DNA of 64,000 nt from Verrucomicrobiota bacterium. Lineage in GTDB: Bacteria; Verrucomicrobiota; Verrucomicrobiia; Limisphaerales; AAA164-E04. Below the pieces are notes generated by a model. That model saw only the letters and a list, made by a program, of their open reading frames with translations, was not told the origin of the DNA and searched no databases. Position 1 is the stretch's first letter. Each line of letters opens with the position of its first letter. The stretch covers positions 3,552,001-3,616,000 of the forward strand of contig CP170459.1 in assembly GCA_047947115.1 (NCBI GenBank), read 5' to 3'. Positions 49,055 to 58,312 of the stretch are shown in pieces. The position numbers were made by a program, and so were the translations under genes.

Positions 49055-50455
49055 ATGTCGAACTTTTCTGAATTTGCAGCCAACCAAGCCAGACACATGA
49101 TGCAGTGCTGGTCCAGTCAGGAAGGTTACGATCCGATTGCCGTTGACCGGACCGAAGGATGCTGGATTCATACCAGTGACGGACGTCGCATCTTTGATCT
49201 GCGAAGCGCTCATGAGTGCATCAATCTGGGGTTTAACCATCCCAAGGTCATTGCTGCTCTCAAACGCCAATTGGAGCAGGTGATTTATGTTACCGATGAT
49301 TTTGCGACCGAACCGACCGGTGCACTGGCCCGCCGGTTGGCCGAGTTGACGCCCGGTTCCTCCAACAAGCGAGTCTATTTCGCCCAAAGCGGTGCCGCTG
49401 CGGTGGAGGCGGCCATCAAGGGCGCGCGATTGTTCCAATACAACCGCATGTTTCATGAAGGAGGCATCCGACATGCTGATGCGCCTGGGCAATATCCGTA
49501 TCCTTATAAAATCATTTCGCGTTACAAATCCTGGCATGGATCCACCGCTTCAGCATCATCCGTCAGCGGTGATCCACGGCGATGGTTTCAGGAACCATTG
49601 ACCGTTCCCGGTGTCGTGTTTGCGCCGGAAGCGAACGCTTTTCGTCCTCCCTTTGGTACCCCTGAGAATTACGTCGAGGAGAACCTGAATTATCTGGAAT
49701 ACATCATCGAAAATGAAGGTGGGTCCAACAAGGTTGCCGCCGTCATTTTGGAGCCGGTTGTCGGCAGTAACGGCATCATTCCCGCGCCTCCGGGGTATTT
49801 GCGAGGCGTGCGCGACATCTGTGATCGCTGGGGATTATTGATGATTGTGGACGAAACCATGACCGGGATGGGGCGCACAGGCAAACTGCTGGCCATCGAG
49901 CATAGCGATGTGGAACCGGATATCATCATCATGGGCAAAGCGCTGGGCGCTTATTGTCCACTGACGGCTACTGTCTTTTCTGAAAAGGTGTCCGCATCCT
50001 TTGATAAACATATTTTCGGGCACGGACAAAGCTATTCCGGTCATGCTCTGGGCTGTGCCGGCGCTTTGGCTGCTTTGGATGTGCTTCTTGAGGACGGTGT
50101 CCTGAATGATGTTGAGAGAAAGGGACAATACCTCGAATCAAAACTGCGCGAACTGGCTGAAAAACATTCGTGCGTCGGAAATGTTCGTGGAATTGGTTTG
50201 TTTTTTACCATGGAGCTGGTGGCGGATCGACAGACTAAAGAACCGCTCCGAAAAACAACCGAAAAATATTCCAGGACCATCGTTAAAGACGTTTCCGAAT
50301 TTTTGTTCAAAGAGAAAAATATCTATGTGCCATCCGATAAATTCGGGATTTGGGTGGTTCCTCCTCTGATTGTTACCGAACAGGAGATCGATTGGTTCTG
50401 TGCCGGGATCGACGAGGCTTTGGACATGGTTGATCAACGGTTGTGTTCGCGCTGA
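49055..50455 (+). CDS. Class III PLP-dependent aminotransferase (omega-amine type)
   Basis: SGAAAVEAAIK, SWHGST, EPVVGSNG, DETMTGMGRTG, IMGK, RGIGL. Confidence 0.9.
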   Translation: MSNFSEFAANQARHMMQCWSSQEGYDPIAVDRTEGCWIHTSDGRRIFDLRSAHECINLGFNHPKVIAALKRQLEQVIYVTDDFATEPTGALARRLAELTPGSSNKRVYFAQSGAAAVEAAIKGARLFQYNRMFHEGGIRHADAPGQYPYPYKIISRYKSWHGSTASASSVSGDPRRWFQEPLTVPGVVFAPEANAFRPPFGTPENYVEENLNYLEYIIENEGGSNKVAAVILEPVVGSNGIIPAPPGYLRGVRDICDRWGLLMIVDETMTGMGRTGKLLAIEHSDVEPDIIIMGKALGAYCPLTATVFSEKVSASFDKHIFGHGQSYSGHALGCAGALAALDVLLEDGVLNDVERKGQYLESKLRELAEKHSCVGNVRGIGLFFTMELVADRQTKEPLRKTTEKYSRTIVKDVSEFLFKEKNIYVPSDKFGIWVVPPLIVTEQEIDWFCAGIDEALDMVDQRLCSR

Positions 50456-50514
50456 TATAATCGACCAGGAACAGTGAAGGCCGCGGATAGTTGGGGTGCC
50501 TTTCGAACTCTGTC

Positions 50515-51657
50515 TTACTTCAACGGATTCTCATACCACGCCACATTCCGTGTTCCGCGGCCGGCGTTCAGGAGGTCCAGGTCTCCGTCCCCGTCCATGT
50601 CGATGGATCTTAAATCATAGCTTTGCTGCCCCGAATCAAGAGTGTGGGTTTTAAAGACTCCTTTACCGGTGTTTTCATACCATCGAACCCATTCGCTTCC
50701 ATAGCCACAACTGGCAACATCCAGATCACCGTCCTGATCGTGATCCGCCACGGTCAGGCTATGCGGGGATTGGATTTCGCCATCAATTGTGTGCATCTGC
50801 CAACCGGGATTCTCGAACCACAGGACACCGGCTCCGTGCCCCCTCGATGCCACCCAATCGACTTTGCCGTCACCGTTGACGTCTCCGGGAAGCACGCTGG
50901 TCGCGCCAGTTTGATTTTCAGCCAGTATGGTTTTTTTCCAGGGGCCCTTGACACCATTCACGCCCGGATGGGTCCAATAGGCGAACCAGTTTCCGTCAGC
51001 GAATGGTGCTCCTTTTGCTCCAACCGCTATCTCCTTCCACCCGTCTCCATCGATATCTCCTGCTCCCATGTAGTGGCTTCCACCTCTTGCATCACCTTGC
51101 GCAAAGATATGCCGATCCCACTGCTTGGCTGTCAGTGGTTCTTTTGGGATGCTGAACCATGCCATGGAATCGTAGAGGCCTCGGGCGGGTTCGAAGTTGT
51201 TGATGATCAAATCTTCCTTTCCATCGTTGTCGATGTCGGACGTCAGCAGGCAATGGATGCCGGTAATGTCATGATCGATCATGCGAGGGGTCCAGGCCCC
51301 CTTCAGAGCTTCATCTTTTCCCGGATTTTCCAGCCAGAAGGGATTGCCTGTTGACAATGAGCCCGCCCAATCCTGATCGCCATCTCCGTCCACATCCAGA
51401 ACCGCGCTATGGATACATCCGCCGGTTCCCCCCATGAAACGATACAGAATAATTTCCTGTTTCCAGTCCGGAGCTATGAAAAGGCTGATCTTTCCGTTGA
51501 AACTGGCAATGACATCCAGCGATTTGTCATTGTTGACATCCAGGGCCACCGCCGTATTGCAGTGACCTTGTTCCATGACGACATGTTTCTTCCAGGTTTG
51601 AGCTTGAGTGGAAGAAAGCAAGGCAGTTGATATCACCGCACAAAGGAACTGTTTCAT
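50515..51657 (-). CDS. FG-GAP/VCBS repeat beta-propeller protein, exported
   Basis: About 7 D-x-[DN]-x-DG-x-x-D...W.EN repeats; signal peptide; ATGA overlap with the upstream peptidase. Confidence 0.9.
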   Translation of the reverse strand: MKQFLCAVISTALLSSTQAQTWKKHVVMEQGHCNTAVALDVNNDKSLDVIASFNGKISLFIAPDWKQEIILYRFMGGTGGCIHSAVLDVDGDGDQDWAGSLSTGNPFWLENPGKDEALKGAWTPRMIDHDITGIHCLLTSDIDNDGKEDLIINNFEPARGLYDSMAWFSIPKEPLTAKQWDRHIFAQGDARGGSHYMGAGDIDGDGWKEIAVGAKGAPFADGNWFAYWTHPGVNGVKGPWKKTILAENQTGATSVLPGDVNGDGKVDWVASRGHGAGVLWFENPGWQMHTIDGEIQSPHSLTVADHDQDGDLDVASCGYGSEWVRWYENTGKGVFKTHTLDSGQQSYDLRSIDMDGDGDLDLLNAGRGTRNVAWYENPLK

Positions 51658-53534
51658 TGTTCGTCTTTCATTTGAAAAGCTTCTTCCAGAGTTTGACTGC
51701 CACCCACCACCGGAATAGTGATGGAGGTGGCCTCCAGGTCGATTGTTAATTGAGTGCCGGGATCTGGCCAAAGGGTGTAGTCATGGTCGCTGGAGAAAAT
51801 CATCAAACCAATCTGTTGGCCTTTGGGTATGATTTGGTCGTCCGGTTGCAGGTCGAAGCTTAGTTCGTAAAACTCTCCTGGAACCAAAGGTTCGCTATGG
51901 CGCAGGGAATGCCGGTTCTGTGGATCCGCCCAACCGCGTGTGATGATGTTGTCGGTGATCTTGGCATTCTTGTTATCGTTCCAGGGAAGGGAGACCATCC
52001 AGACCGACAGGTTCGCTGCCGGTTTGCTGCTTGAAAGGCGGATATGCATCTTTGAAGTGCCGGATAAATGGATGTCATGGGTCAGCGTGGGGGTGGCATA
52101 AATCAGTCTGTGTTCGGTCCATTCCGCCTGAGCCAGGGCGTCTCCCTTGAACGAGAAATTGTCAACCAGGGTTTCGGTGCCCGGTTCGTTTGCTGGTTGT
52201 AGGGACAGGCTGCCGGTTTCCGGTGCTCCGGGACTTAAATGCAAGCTGACGGGATACGCAGCGGGGTTGGGGTAGTCATAGTAGGAAGTTGGTTTGTCGC
52301 GCTCCGCATCTTCTCGAACGATCCAGGCCCTTGGTTCGTTTTCCACATGGTTCTGAATGCCGTGAAGATAGCGTGTGAACCAGCGGTTCATTTGTTTCAA
52401 TGGAGGTTCACCTCCATGCCCCCCTTGATGAAAGTAGGATTGGACCGGAACTCCTTTCTCCTTCAATGCCTGGTAAATACGGACACTGTGTTCGGGCATG
52501 ACATTCCAGTCATTGAAAGCATGGGCCATGAGGGTCGCAGCCGTCATTGGACCAAGATCGTTCAGGTAATCCCTTCCGGCCCAGAAATCGTTGTAATCCC
52601 CTGTGATCCGGTCAAATCCCTGTGCCATTTCCTTGTCACGCACCTCACAGTCGCAGTACTCGTTTTTCTCCTGATTGCCGCTGTGGATGAAATCGTAGAG
52701 AATGTCGATATCTTCACCGATGAATCCGCCCGGGTGCCTGATCAGTCCATTGGAACGATAGTAGTGATAATAGGACGTGTTCGGCGCGATGGGGATGATG
52801 GCTTTCAATCCCCTGACCCCGGTGGTGGCCGCCGCCAGCGGAAGTGTGCCGTTGTAGGAGGTTCCGGTCATGCCTACCTTTCCTGTTGACCAGTAAGCTT
52901 CGACGGTCGTGTCTCCGTCCGGGGTGGTGTAACCTTTGGCGTCACCGGTCAGCCATTGGACGACTGCTTTGGGGGCGAGAGATTCATTGTCGCCACCTAC
53001 CGTAGGACAACCTTGGGAAAGTCCGGTGCCAGGGGAGGAGGAATGGACGACGATGTAGCCGCGCGGAACCCAGGTTTTGGTGTGGCTTTTTGAAATGATC
53101 GGCCGCTCTCCGCTACGGGTAATGTCCGGGGCGACTTTTCTCTCAGGAGGAGGTGTTCCCACTTCGTGTCTGGGATCCCAGAAATACTCCCTGCCAGCCC
53201 CCGCCGTTCCTGCAAAGTAAGGGCTGGTGACGTAAATGACGGGTAGTTTCAGTCCTTCGGTATCCGTCTGCCTGGGGCGGGTCACATCGACATGCATGCG
53301 ATCCAGTTTTCCGTCACCATCGGAATCAAATTCCGTCTCCACCCAGAGATCGTGCCGAATCCACATGTCCGGATCATTGAAACGATCAACTACCTGCGCC
53401 TCGCCGTCCTTGAAGACCGGGACAGCAGGTTCGGGACGTCCGGATTCAGCAGCCAGATGCAGTGATACTGAAAGGACAATCAGTGCGGAAGTGATCGGAA
53501 ATCTTGTGGAGATGAGTCTAGTCAATTTGTTCAT
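51654..53534 (-). CDS. Xaa-Pro dipeptidyl-peptidase (S15, PepX/CocE-like), exported
   Basis: DSDGDGKLD, GTGLSQGCPT, WSTGKVGMTGTSYNG (GxSYxG nucleophile), DWNV, HQGGH. Confidence 0.88.
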   Translation of the reverse strand: MNKLTRLISTRFPITSALIVLSVSLHLAAESGRPEPAVPVFKDGEAQVVDRFNDPDMWIRHDLWVETEFDSDGDGKLDRMHVDVTRPRQTDTEGLKLPVIYVTSPYFAGTAGAGREYFWDPRHEVGTPPPERKVAPDITRSGERPIISKSHTKTWVPRGYIVVHSSSPGTGLSQGCPTVGGDNESLAPKAVVQWLTGDAKGYTTPDGDTTVEAYWSTGKVGMTGTSYNGTLPLAAATTGVRGLKAIIPIAPNTSYYHYYRSNGLIRHPGGFIGEDIDILYDFIHSGNQEKNEYCDCEVRDKEMAQGFDRITGDYNDFWAGRDYLNDLGPMTAATLMAHAFNDWNVMPEHSVRIYQALKEKGVPVQSYFHQGGHGGEPPLKQMNRWFTRYLHGIQNHVENEPRAWIVREDAERDKPTSYYDYPNPAAYPVSLHLSPGAPETGSLSLQPANEPGTETLVDNFSFKGDALAQAEWTEHRLIYATPTLTHDIHLSGTSKMHIRLSSSKPAANLSVWMVSLPWNDNKNAKITDNIITRGWADPQNRHSLRHSEPLVPGEFYELSFDLQPDDQIIPKGQQIGLMIFSSDHDYTLWPDPGTQLTIDLEATSITIPVVGGSQTLEEAFQMKDEQ

Positions 53535-53646
53535 GGAAATATGAGCCCTACGGTAAGAACATCCGCATCGTACGTCAAGTTGAGCCACACCCAGTGTGTC
53601 TTTTGTGTTTGGGGATTTCGAAGGGGACGATATGAGCTTCAAAAAC

Positions 53647-56600
53647 TTATTCCCCCCGCAAATACGACAGTAAATCCGCCACTTGCTGCAAGCTCAGTGC
53701 ATCGATGATTCCTTCCGGCATGAAAGAGAAGGGGAGGTTGCGGAGAAAACCACCTTCATTGCGCTGAAAGCTGCGCTCTATGCCGTTGGGTAGTTTCAGG
53801 GTGAGTTGATCCATGTTTTCGAAACTGAGGAGTCCCACGTAGGCTTCTTCGGTTTCCGTGGTCCATTCCACTCCTTCGAATCCCGAGGCAATTTCACGAT
53901 TGGGATCGACGATGTGAAGGAGGATGCTTTCCTTGGCTTGATTGCGTATGCCGAACAGATCGGGTCCCAGCGCGTAACCTTCCTGATCAAGCCGATGGCA
54001 CGAACTGCACATGGTGGTGAACAGGACTTTGCCAATGGCGGGATTGCCTTCCAATTTCGCCGCTGGCTTGTATCGCTGATAGGAAGCAGCCGCATCCGGA
54101 GAAGCTTGTTTTCCCAGTATGTCTTCCAGACGTTGTTGTTGTGCATCGGTAAGCTGACGCTTCCACTGGTTGCGTAAATTGACGTTAAGCATGCCGGGCG
54201 GAATCACGGAGTCTTCCAGCGCTTGTATCACCAGGTCGGCATGGACACGATCAGAACAAGCGGATTGAATGAAACGATTGCGTGCATCGTGGGGAAGTCG
54301 GTTCCAGATGGTCGGATCCAGCGCGGCCTCGATGATTTCCTTTCCTTGATTCGATGTGGCGGCATTCAACACCAGATCCAGCAAAGCATTATCATGAAGA
54401 TCGACCGCCTGATGGAGATTCCAAACCCATCGATCCATACCGGCCAATACTCGAAAACGCTGTAGGACTGAAATTTCTTCATGGTTCAAATGCTCCATCG
54501 GATATTCTTCCAAGCGCTGTCGTACCGATGGCCAAGCGGCCGCTTGTTCTGGGGATCCCCACCCAAGCCAGGGCAGGTCCGGGTTTGCTGCGGGTAGTTT
54601 GCCGGAACCATCCATGCCAAGCAGGAGCGCTGCGAAAAGTATGGCACTGTTTGCCGGCTGGTCATATTGTTCGAAAAATTTTCGACTATTGAGATCATTT
54701 GCGCTAGATCGCAATCCGAATCCGGAGGCTGGTTTTCGCCGTATCAAGTCGGATATGAGTTCGTTCGAATGGGAACCATCCAGAACGGCCATCCTGGAAA
54801 GATCTTCCACCGATGTCAAAGCTCCAACTTTGTTGAAGACCGCGAAAGAAGCTTTTAGATGATCAGTTATGTAATCATCGGTATGGGGGAAACGGTATAT
54901 TTCTTTCAAGATATCTCGGTTATAACCGGAAGAAGCATTGAAGCAAGCGGCTCGGATCCATTCGGAATCACAGTGCTGAACCAGGAGCCTTCCCAGAAAA
55001 ACCGAACGCAGGGGATGATCCCAGAAGCGTGAAGCCATGCCGAGCTGGAACAAATACCCTAAATTGTCAGATAAGTGTGGATTGGGTTCCCGAGGAATGT
55101 AGGGGAAATGCGAATTGTAAAAAATGATTTCAAAATTCGTAAGCTTTGGAAATCCTGAGTCCGGTTCTGTTTCAATAAAACCAAATTTTCGTGAGGAGGC
55201 TTCCAGGGCAGCATCATATTCCGATTGAGTGAGTTGGATGTTGATCGAGGTGTTTGTCAAATCGTTTGGCGTAGTCCAGCACTTGTCGCTCTCATCAATC
55301 AGATGTGCGTTTTCACGGAAAAGGAGCCACATGTAGCCATCTTCATGCAAGGCGAGGGTATGGTTGTCTTCAATTTCAAGTAGAACGGCTTTACCAATTT
55401 TCTCATCGTTCAGTCCTTTCACGATTTCCCTGAATTTGGTTTCCTTGGCCCATTGGTTTTTGGCTTTAAGGGCTGATTTTATTTCTGATACAGCTGGGTA
55501 AAAATCGTTTGTTTTAAAGTCGATGATTTGACGCTCAAATGTTTCCTTTGCCCGTATCCGATAAATCCGCCCCATACTCTTACCAGATTCAAAATCCGTT
55601 CGCTTTCTTACTTCCTGAGGAAGGTAGTCCGGGTGCTCGATGGTTTTGCGTCGCATGTCGCAGACGTATAATGCCCCGTCGGGCCCCGTTGTGAGAAAGA
55701 CAGGTCGAAACCAGTGGTCCGTGGACGCCACGAATTCTGTCCGGGTGTTTTCGCGGCGGGCTGCAAAGCTTGGGCCTTTCGGAATCAATTCATCAAAATG
55801 AATCAGGTTGCCGGTTGGGTCACAGGAAAACACGTGGCCAAAGTAACGCTCGGGAAGTCCGTTGCTTTCATAGATCGTCACGGCGCAGGCTGCAGTAAAG
55901 GTTCCTGCATGCGAATCCGCGGTGGTGAGGTGTTGTGTCAACGGGTAAATGCGCGCGCCGGCGTTATAGCCTTTAAGCAGATCATCCAGTCTTTCTTCAG
56001 GGAGGTTCTCCGCCGTTTTGTTGAAATGGAAATGCGGGTTGGCTCCCCAGGTGGTGTCTTCGGTCATGACTTGCTGGACCTGAATGCGGTTCATGCAGAT
56101 GAAACGGTTGCCGAAACGATCGAAATCCAGTCCGAACTGTGATTTGCCTGTGGTGGGTTTCAGGCGCCAATCGTAGGGATGGAAACGCAAGTCATGTCGG
56201 CGCATGTCCACGGTGTACTCCTCTTTTTGCCAGGGCGCTTTGACGCGTCCTCCGCTCAGTCCGCCTGCCAGATAGATCCAACCGTCCGGCCCGAGCGTTG
56301 GATCGTTGACGCGCAGTTGGGTTGATCTGGAAGTGTCGAATCCGGTCAACAGGACCTGCCTGAGGTCGCAGATCCCGTCTCCATCGGTGTCTTTCATGAA
56401 GAGGACATCGGGCGCATCGGTGACGATCACACCATTTTCCCAGGGCAGGACGCCGTTTGGATAGTTGAGGTGGGAGGCAAACGTGGATCGGTTTTCGTAG
56501 TAGCCGTCCCCATCCAGATCCTGCAACAACGCGATAGTGCCTGCTTTGCCGCCTTCGATGGTTTGTGGGTAGCCACGGTTTTCCGCTACCCACATGCGTT

Positions 56601-56790
56601 GATGTTCGTCGAAAGCCATGGCCACTGGATCGATCACCAGTGGTTCTGCAGCGACGCATTCAATGGCAACATCGGAGTTCGTTCGGAATTCGGACAGGTC
56701 AATGAAGTTTTGTGCATAAAGTGCAACACTATAAAAAAGTTGCAGTCCGCAAGCCAAAGTTTTCGCAACTGATTGAAACCGAATCTTCAT
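53647..56790 (-). CDS. PVC-type membrane-bound dehydrogenase-domain protein with a C-terminal CxxCH heme site
   Basis: AAEPLVIDPVAMAFD, WFRPV...GPDGALYVCDM, GRIYRI, CSSCH..GPDL, SFMPEG. Confidence 0.9.
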   Translation of the reverse strand: MKIRFQSVAKTLACGLQLFYSVALYAQNFIDLSEFRTNSDVAIECVAAEPLVIDPVAMAFDEHQRMWVAENRGYPQTIEGGKAGTIALLQDLDGDGYYENRSTFASHLNYPNGVLPWENGVIVTDAPDVLFMKDTDGDGICDLRQVLLTGFDTSRSTQLRVNDPTLGPDGWIYLAGGLSGGRVKAPWQKEEYTVDMRRHDLRFHPYDWRLKPTTGKSQFGLDFDRFGNRFICMNRIQVQQVMTEDTTWGANPHFHFNKTAENLPEERLDDLLKGYNAGARIYPLTQHLTTADSHAGTFTAACAVTIYESNGLPERYFGHVFSCDPTGNLIHFDELIPKGPSFAARRENTRTEFVASTDHWFRPVFLTTGPDGALYVCDMRRKTIEHPDYLPQEVRKRTDFESGKSMGRIYRIRAKETFERQIIDFKTNDFYPAVSEIKSALKAKNQWAKETKFREIVKGLNDEKIGKAVLLEIEDNHTLALHEDGYMWLLFRENAHLIDESDKCWTTPNDLTNTSINIQLTQSEYDAALEASSRKFGFIETEPDSGFPKLTNFEIIFYNSHFPYIPREPNPHLSDNLGYLFQLGMASRFWDHPLRSVFLGRLLVQHCDSEWIRAACFNASSGYNRDILKEIYRFPHTDDYITDHLKASFAVFNKVGALTSVEDLSRMAVLDGSHSNELISDLIRRKPASGFGLRSSANDLNSRKFFEQYDQPANSAILFAALLLGMDGSGKLPAANPDLPWLGWGSPEQAAAWPSVRQRLEEYPMEHLNHEEISVLQRFRVLAGMDRWVWNLHQAVDLHDNALLDLVLNAATSNQGKEIIEAALDPTIWNRLPHDARNRFIQSACSDRVHADLVIQALEDSVIPPGMLNVNLRNQWKRQLTDAQQQRLEDILGKQASPDAAASYQRYKPAAKLEGNPAIGKVLFTTMCSSCHRLDQEGYALGPDLFGIRNQAKESILLHIVDPNREIASGFEGVEWTTETEEAYVGLLSFENMDQLTLKLPNGIERSFQRNEGGFLRNLPFSFMPEGIIDALSLQQVADLLSYLRGE

Positions 56791-56821
56791 AAAATGCATG
56801 CGCCTCAAAGTGATTCCCGGC

Positions 56822-58309
56822 TCATCGTGCTTCCTGATCCAACTCGCTCAACATTTCCTGAAGGTTTCTTACGATCTTCAGCGATGCATCCTCTTCAAGA
56901 TAACTGCTGCGAGCCCGCCATGTTTCGTATCCGCCCCAGGCATGTTGTTGGGGTGTGGGTAGGTAGCCGTTGTAACCGTTGGCAAGTTCCACCACCATTT
57001 GTTGCGGAAAGGGGGATGAGTGCTTCAATTGCAAACCAATCTCGACAAAGGTTTCCGCAGGCAGGGATACGATTCCAAAACTGCCGAGTCGAATGGCTTG
57101 CAACTTGACAGCGACTTTGTCAGGGAAATCACGCAGCAAAAGGGATTCGCGTGCGTAGATTTCCGCTTGCGACCATTGGCTCATGTCCTTTTCTTGTGCC
57201 TCCTTCAGGATTCGGTGGATGCGATCCCATTCGTGATCGGCCGCCTTTCGCACCCTTAATTGTATTTCCCGCTCTCGTATGGAAATGGGCAAAGAGTCCT
57301 TCCATTCCATCTTGCGAAATCCTTCATTCACCGAATGGGCTACGTCCTTGGCGACAAATCTGATTTGTTCGTACAGATCCTTGCGCGGCGGGGCCGTTGT
57401 CAGTCCGTAGTTCAAATTGTTGATATCTCCGCTCGCCCCATTGGAGAGTATGCCGACAAAAGGTTGATCTCCGTATGTCTCCTTCAACATGCCGGCAAGT
57501 TCATTGGCAAAGGCGCCAAAGTAATCTCCAGATAATCCTCGAACGCCTCCCACGTAGTGCAGACTGTAGTTTGCGTAGATACATAAGGGGGAACCATTCT
57601 TTCGTAAAGCAGCCAGGATATTGATTTCCGGGTCACGCGGTCCGGCCGGGCGTTCAATGTCCGGGTTTCCATAACCAGGATTCATACGCACGGTGTCGGC
57701 TTCGGAGCCAAAGGGGTTTTCGTAGGATGTGCCACCTTTCAGATGCCAGCGGCGGTTGAACACATGGCGATCGTTTTCAATGGAGAACCATCCGATCCGG
57801 GCGGGCTCGAGTTGATGAAAGGCCTGAATGATGCCCTGGGCTGTCTTTTCCACGAGTTCGGGGATGTATTCCGATTCCGGATCATTGAGGAAGAGTCCGG
57901 TCAATGGTGGTGCCGAATGCGTGTGGGTGGCTGAAAGCAGCATGTGAGAGGTTGGGATGCCTGTTGCTGTGGACGCCTTGGTCTTGATCGCGTCAAATAC
58001 TTCCCTAGGTATCACACAGTTGTCGATCGTTCCGATGACAAAGGTTGTTGCATCGTTTTCGATGATCATCAGACGTGCCTTGAGGGGATCATGGATGTCG
58101 GTTGCCTGATTCGGGCGCATCGATCCGGCCATGCGTATGGGTAAATACGAGGGGGTGACATCCATCGCAACGGCCGAGGCTTTCAAGGAGGCTTCCATTG
58201 TTTGAGTTGCCGACAAGATACCCAAAAGAGAGAGCATCCAGAATAATGAACATGGCAAAAGGCTGGCCCTGTCGGGAGCCGGATGCGTTTTTAGGTCTTG
58301 TGCATTCAT
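56822..58309 (-). CDS. Neutral/alkaline ceramidase-like amidohydrolase family protein, exported
   Basis: HDPLKAR, SATHTHSAP, NRR, NYSLH, GASGDIN, PAETF, ELANGYNGYLPT...GGYE. Confidence 0.8.
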   Translation of the reverse strand: MNAQDLKTHPAPDRASLLPCSLFWMLSLLGILSATQTMEASLKASAVAMDVTPSYLPIRMAGSMRPNQATDIHDPLKARLMIIENDATTFVIGTIDNCVIPREVFDAIKTKASTATGIPTSHMLLSATHTHSAPPLTGLFLNDPESEYIPELVEKTAQGIIQAFHQLEPARIGWFSIENDRHVFNRRWHLKGGTSYENPFGSEADTVRMNPGYGNPDIERPAGPRDPEINILAALRKNGSPLCIYANYSLHYVGGVRGLSGDYFGAFANELAGMLKETYGDQPFVGILSNGASGDINNLNYGLTTAPPRKDLYEQIRFVAKDVAHSVNEGFRKMEWKDSLPISIREREIQLRVRKAADHEWDRIHRILKEAQEKDMSQWSQAEIYARESLLLRDFPDKVAVKLQAIRLGSFGIVSLPAETFVEIGLQLKHSSPFPQQMVVELANGYNGYLPTPQQHAWGGYETWRARSSYLEEDASLKIVRNLQEMLSELDQEAR

Positions 58310-58312
58310 AAT

